A model generated the notes under the pieces. That model saw nothing but the letters and a program-made list of their open reading frames with translations. It searched no databases and was not told the origin of the DNA. 13,053 bases of DNA from Octopus sinensis. Its lineage: Eukaryota. This document shows, one piece after another, positions 9,306-13,053 of this stretch. Position 1 is the first letter of the stretch; each line of letters starts with the position of its first letter. The stretch lies in contig NW_021826337.1 in NCBI RefSeq assembly GCF_006345805.1, forward strand, positions 1 to 13,053, read 5' to 3'. Position numbers and translations under genes: made by a program.

Positions 9306-9407
9306 TACTTAAATTTTCCTCGAATGAGGCTTTTACATCCGAAGACTACTTGTGTAATTGATAATTATTCCAAATTAATTAATTTCCCTTCATTATTACG
9401 GATAACC

Positions 9408-9439
<32 letters not shown>

Positions 9440-9693
9440 TATAATAAATATAGGGAATAAATCCAAACTTACAGGGAAAAACAGATTTAGGATTGAATCC
9501 AATTTTATAGTAAAATATTATATTATATGACTGTGACTCGAAAATTTGAAGAATTAGCAGCGTAGTGTGATATTAATTATATTTTTTTTAATAATTTTGT
9601 TATATATTTAAATAATATAAATTAAATAATCTTATGTATTGGCTTAAGTTTTTCATTGTTTGATTTGCCTAATAGTGGTTGTGGCTCTAATTT

Positions 9694-9720
9694 AATATAA
9701 TATATATATATATATATATC

Positions 9721-9752
<32 letters not shown>

Positions 9753-9772
9753 TATATATATATATATGTATG

Positions 9773-9809
<37 letters not shown>

Positions 9810-9850
9810 CTTATATGAATATGTGTGTGCGCGCATGTGTGCGTGTGTGT
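9694..9850. repeat. (TA)n then (TG)n microsatellite
   Basis: Direct reading. Confidence 0.93.
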
Positions 9851-10239
9851 AATACATCTGGTAATATTCTAGATATTTCTCTTCATACTTTCCAGATCGT
9901 TTAGTAAGTAAATATTCCCGCTCTTGAATCACATTCCGGAAATGCTTTTTGAATTTCGCAGCAAGTATGATACCTGTGCTTTTAAGGGAACGAATTAATA
10001 ATACAGTCATCATCATAGAATCAGCCTAACGTATATTTTGGTTCTTCAGCTGGAATTTCTCCCCGACAGTCTTCGTTTTCTTTTTAGGCTCCCACGATAA
10101 AGTACAACACCGTGATGCAGGGGCCGTCATGAATCAAATAAGTCAGTGGGCTTGCGGTTCGGCGTCTCGGGAGGTAAGTCTGCGCCATCGCAGTTTGCTA
10201 AATATAGCAGGACAGACGGACAGGTTAAATTCCGCAGTG

Positions 10240-10440
10240 TCTGATTTGGTGCGAAAATTTAGGCTGACAAGAATTAGGACAAGGTTACGAGCAAGATGGC
10301 CAACCCCAGTCAGATATGAGAGAAAGGTATCAATGAAAGGTCAAGCAGAGACTATGAACGCTTACATTACTTCCATAATGTCAGTATGTCCAAACAGGCA
10401 CCTTCCCACCGTATATCACTTCCAATCGGCTCTGACCTGA
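10240..10440 (+). mobile_element. Decayed L1/Tx1-type LINE ORF2 fragment (post-RT region)
   Basis: Translation ERKVSMKGQAETMNAYITSI resembles the L1-clade motif (W..RKLSLxGR..xxN.YI.S...Y). Boundaries uncertain. Confidence 0.5.
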
Positions 10441-10466
10441 CAACTAACTAAAACTCAGCGGTTATG

Positions 10467-10712
10467 GTTCTATATTTAAGAGATGAGGAATTACGTACAT
10501 TATTTACATTATTTACATTCGACGGATATTTGTCCTCATGTTGTTTGTTGTTAACACAACATTTCGGCTAATATATCCTCCAGCCTTCATCAGGTTCTTA
10601 GGGAAATTTCCCCAAGACACCTGAAGAAGACTGGAGGGTATATCAGCTGAAACGTTGCGTTAACAACAAACAAAATGAAGACAAATATCCGTCGAATGTA
10701 AATAATGTAAAT
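10467..10712 (-). mobile_element. Palindromic insertion with 35-nt unpaired tail and 12-bp TSD; Penelope-like inverted terminal repeat carrying hammerhead motifs
   Basis: Arms 10502-10606 and 10607-10712 are centred on GGGAAATTTCCC. Flanked by TCAGCGGTTATG (10455-10466) and TCAGCGATTATG (10712-10723). Each arm has CTGA(T/A)GA...GAAA. Confidence 0.8.
10616..10661 (+). ncRNA. Minimal type I hammerhead-like motif (right arm); mirror copy on minus strand at ~10553-10598
   Basis: Plus copy: GACAC-[CTGAAGA]-A-GACTG..CAGCT-[GAAAC]-[GTT]-GCGTT. Mirror copy: [CTGATGA]-A-GGCTGG-AGGATATA-TTAGCC-[GAAAT]-GTT-GTGTT. The consensus of the two restores all stems. Confidence 0.6.
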
Positions 10713-10869
10713 CAGCGATTATGTTTATGGCGGACCAAAGAGCTGCGTCCAAACTAAAGTCCCATGCCCAAAACTTATATTGCTCTGTTCCAGTTAGCTT
10801 CGAGTAGAACCACCTAGTGGATTGATGAATGGCATATCAGCTCGGCTTGTCGTTTTATTTTCGATTTTG

Positions 10870-11276
10870 ACAGCCAAGTTTACACTCACATCTACCCTTT
10901 TACGGTTGATGGAAACCTCATCGCCATAGACATCGGCAAGTTCTTTCTTTAATTTCTCTGTTGAGGGGGCACAGCGAAAGTCCTCTATTTTTTCTCAAGA
11001 AACAAAGTCATTTCACATTCTCCTTGCTCTTTCTTTTATAAAGTTATCCGATAAAGAGGTAGAATTTTTTGTCACATTATTTTCCCCAGATTCTTCGAAT
11101 TTCTTCGCTTTCTTTCTTTCCTGGTAAGTTGCTTTATATTCAAAACGTCTCTCTAGTTGACAGTATTGGCGAATCATTCTTGTTACTGTCTGCTTTATGC
11201 AAACTGCAGATATCACCAACATCTGTGCTTGCTTTACAAATGTATTCATTTTTATTTTCCAGAATTTTTTTTCCAT
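10870..11276 (-). pseudogene. Possible decayed transposase N-terminal (DNA-binding) fragment
   Basis: The ORF 11013-11276 frame continues past two stops (...DNFIKERARRM*NDFVS*EKIEDFRCAPSTEKLKKELADVYGDEVSI). This loosely resembles IS630/Tc1-like HTH regions; no catalytic motif seen. Confidence 0.25.
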
Positions 11277-11506
11277 CTGTTAATGCCTGTAGCGTGTGTT
11301 TATTGAATTATCATTAACGTTATTTCCTTCGTTTCTTCTGTTACAATTTGAGATTCTATTTCTAAAATATACAACGAAATTTTCTTGAAAACTTTTCGGA
11401 GCTTTTACGCAACTATCGAATTACGTTTAGCACCTCAATCCATTATCCAGGCTGCAAGAAAATTAAACGGTAGTTTACAAAATGAATATATATATATATA
11501 TATATA

Positions 11507-11767
11507 TCACCGTGACCGACCAGGCTTCGCATTGTTTTAGCCTTCAAATGACGCCACCCCGATGGCTATGCGAGCAGGCCAACAGAAGAAAGAGTGAGAG
11601 AAAGTTATGGCGAAAGAGTACAGCAAGGATCGCCACCACCCCCTGCCGGAGCCTCGTGGAGCTTTAGGTGTTTTCGCTGAATAAACACTCATAACGCCCG
11701 GTCTGGGAATCGAAACTGCGATCCTACGACCGCGAGTCCGCTGCCCTAACCACTGGGCCATCAATCC
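11507..11767 (-). mobile_element. tRNA-derived SINE sharing head and middle with 8278-8589 but with a different 3' tail
   Basis: Minus strand: TGGCCCAGTGGTTAGGGCAGCGGACTCGCGGTCGTAGGATCGCAGTTTCGATTCCC...AACACCTAAAGCTCCACGAGGCTCCGGCAG...ACTCTTTCGCCATAACTTTCTCTCACT, ending CTGGTCGGTCACGGTGA(TA)n. Confidence 0.9.
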
Positions 11768-11842
11768 ACACACACACACACACATACACACCCACACACA
11801 CACACACACACACACACCCACATATATATATATATATATATA
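11767..11842. repeat. (CA)n then (TA)n microsatellite
   Basis: Direct reading. Confidence 0.95.
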
Positions 11843-11886
11843 GATCAATAAATGGTGGGGTTGTGTTGACCGCACGTGGAGAAATG

Positions 11887-12636
11887 ATAAGTAAGGAAAA
11901 ATTTTTTTAAAATGCAGAATGCTCAAATGAAAGAAAATTTTTAAAAAATGAGAATTGATAAAATATATAATTATATTTATTCAACGCGGTTTTCGTCATT
12001 GTATGACTTGTCAAGAATATTTATGTTTTAAGAAGTTTTTTTTAAAATTAGAAAGGGGAAAAAAAGAAAATGCATTGTTTTTGTAAAAGAATAATGATAA
12101 AAATGTACATAAATTAAAAAATAAGTTCTCCGATACATTGTGAGTTCGTTGTGTATCTTGAGTTTTTAATGGTTGTTTACGAAAAAATTACCTTGAGGTG
12201 TTAAGATCCAAAGGGATAAGAGCATGTGTTGTGTTGTGTTGTTAATTCAGCATGTTTGCAGGACAGGAAGTAGTAGTAATTGTGGTCCTGGTTCTTCAGT
12301 TCCTGTGTTGTGAGTAAGGGGAGACAACTCTTTTGATTCTACAATAAACCCCAATTATAAAACTATCATTTAGCTTCATTTGCATTATCTCTTTTATATA
12401 ATTGCTTGTTAACTTAACTTTTTATCATTATTCTTTTACAAAAAACAATGCAATTTTCTTTTTTTTCCCCTTTCTAATTTTTAAAAAAACTTCTTAAAAC
12501 ATAAATATTTTGACAAGTCATACAATGACGAAAACCGGTTGAATAAATATATATTTATATATTTTATCAATTTCTCATTTTATTAAAATTTTCTTTCATT
12601 TGAGCATTCTGCATTTAAAAAAAAATTTTCCTTACT

Positions 12637-12639
<3 letters not shown>
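11887..12639. mobile_element. Foldback/MITE-like element: ~220-bp near-identical inverted arms around a ~315-bp spacer
   Basis: 11887-12103 vs 12419-12639, e.g. GGTTTTCGTCATTGTATGACTTGTCAA / TTGACAAGTCATACAATGACGAAAACC. No coding capacity. The inverted repeat is certain; the element class is inferred. Confidence 0.75.
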
Positions 12640-12674
<35 letters not shown>

Positions 12675-12707
12675 ATATATATATAATTAATATATATATA
12701 TATATAT
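12637..12707. repeat. (TA)n microsatellite
   Basis: Direct reading. Confidence 0.95.
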
Positions 12708-12740
12708 TGGATCTACTGTGGATCTACTGTGGATCTGCTG
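12708..12740 (+). repeat. 11-bp tandem repeat TGGATCT(A/G)CTG x3
   Basis: Units at 12708, 12719 and 12730. Confidence 0.9.
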
Positions 12741-12749
12741 TTGTTATTG

Positions 12750-13048
12750 TGGGGGATATTAAAGATAAGTGGCCCTTAACCCTGCTATGTGCAAAGTTTA
12801 AATTTTTGGCCAAGGGGTTAGCAAAAAGGTTGGTGCTTGTCATATGTGGTTTGGTCGGGGAAACACAAATGTGTGCGATCCACAATTGATCCATTTGCGA
12901 CAACCTCCACCTCATGCGATACATCATAGTGGGAGCAGGTAACAAATTTGGTGTTGGTAGGGCCCTGATCAACTTGGATCGGTCGAAAGGCTTCGACAGG
13001 TCGACCATCGCTACTTGACAGTAGTTCTAAACGCAGCGAGTTTCAGAT
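12750..13048 (+). mobile_element. L1/Tx1-clade LINE reverse transcriptase fragment (early RT motifs), pseudogenised
   Basis: Reads WPLTLLCAKFKFLAKGLAKRL...ETQMCAIHN*SICDNLHLMRYII...ALINLDRSKGFD, then after a frameshift VDHRYL, matching RPI(T/S)LLN.DYKILAK.LA.RL...Q......RSI.DN...LD..KAFDRV.H. Confidence 0.9.
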
Positions 13049-13053
13049 TTATT

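Noticed and set aside
12708-12740. CRISPR-like repeat
   Set aside because: Contiguous 11-bp tandem units without spacers in a eukaryotic context.
12724-13008. 94-aa minus-strand ORF
   Set aside because: Antisense shadow of the plus-strand LINE RT fragment.

Overview
AT-rich, repeat-saturated eukaryotic non-genic DNA. The SINE families and microsatellite load resemble a cephalopod (Octopus-like) genome; this is inferred from recalled sequence, not from a search. I see no intact host protein-coding gene, and nearly all ORFs in the track are microsatellite artefacts. The window holds a complete but dead Tc1-family transposon (6969-8882, ~220-bp TIRs, TA TSD) with a tRNA-derived SINE in its last codons. 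It also holds three SINE groups in several copies, two L1/Tx1-type LINE reverse-transcriptase fragments and three large inverted repeats (9123-9305, 10502-10712, 11887-12639). The most interesting signal is a cluster of type I hammerhead-ribozyme-like motifs in short non-coding elements: a near-canonical one at 5772-5825 (-), others at 4739-4829 (+) and in both arms of the TSD-flanked 10.5-kb palindrome, plus decayed variants. This fits several families of Penelope-like/retrozyme-type self-cleaving retroelements.
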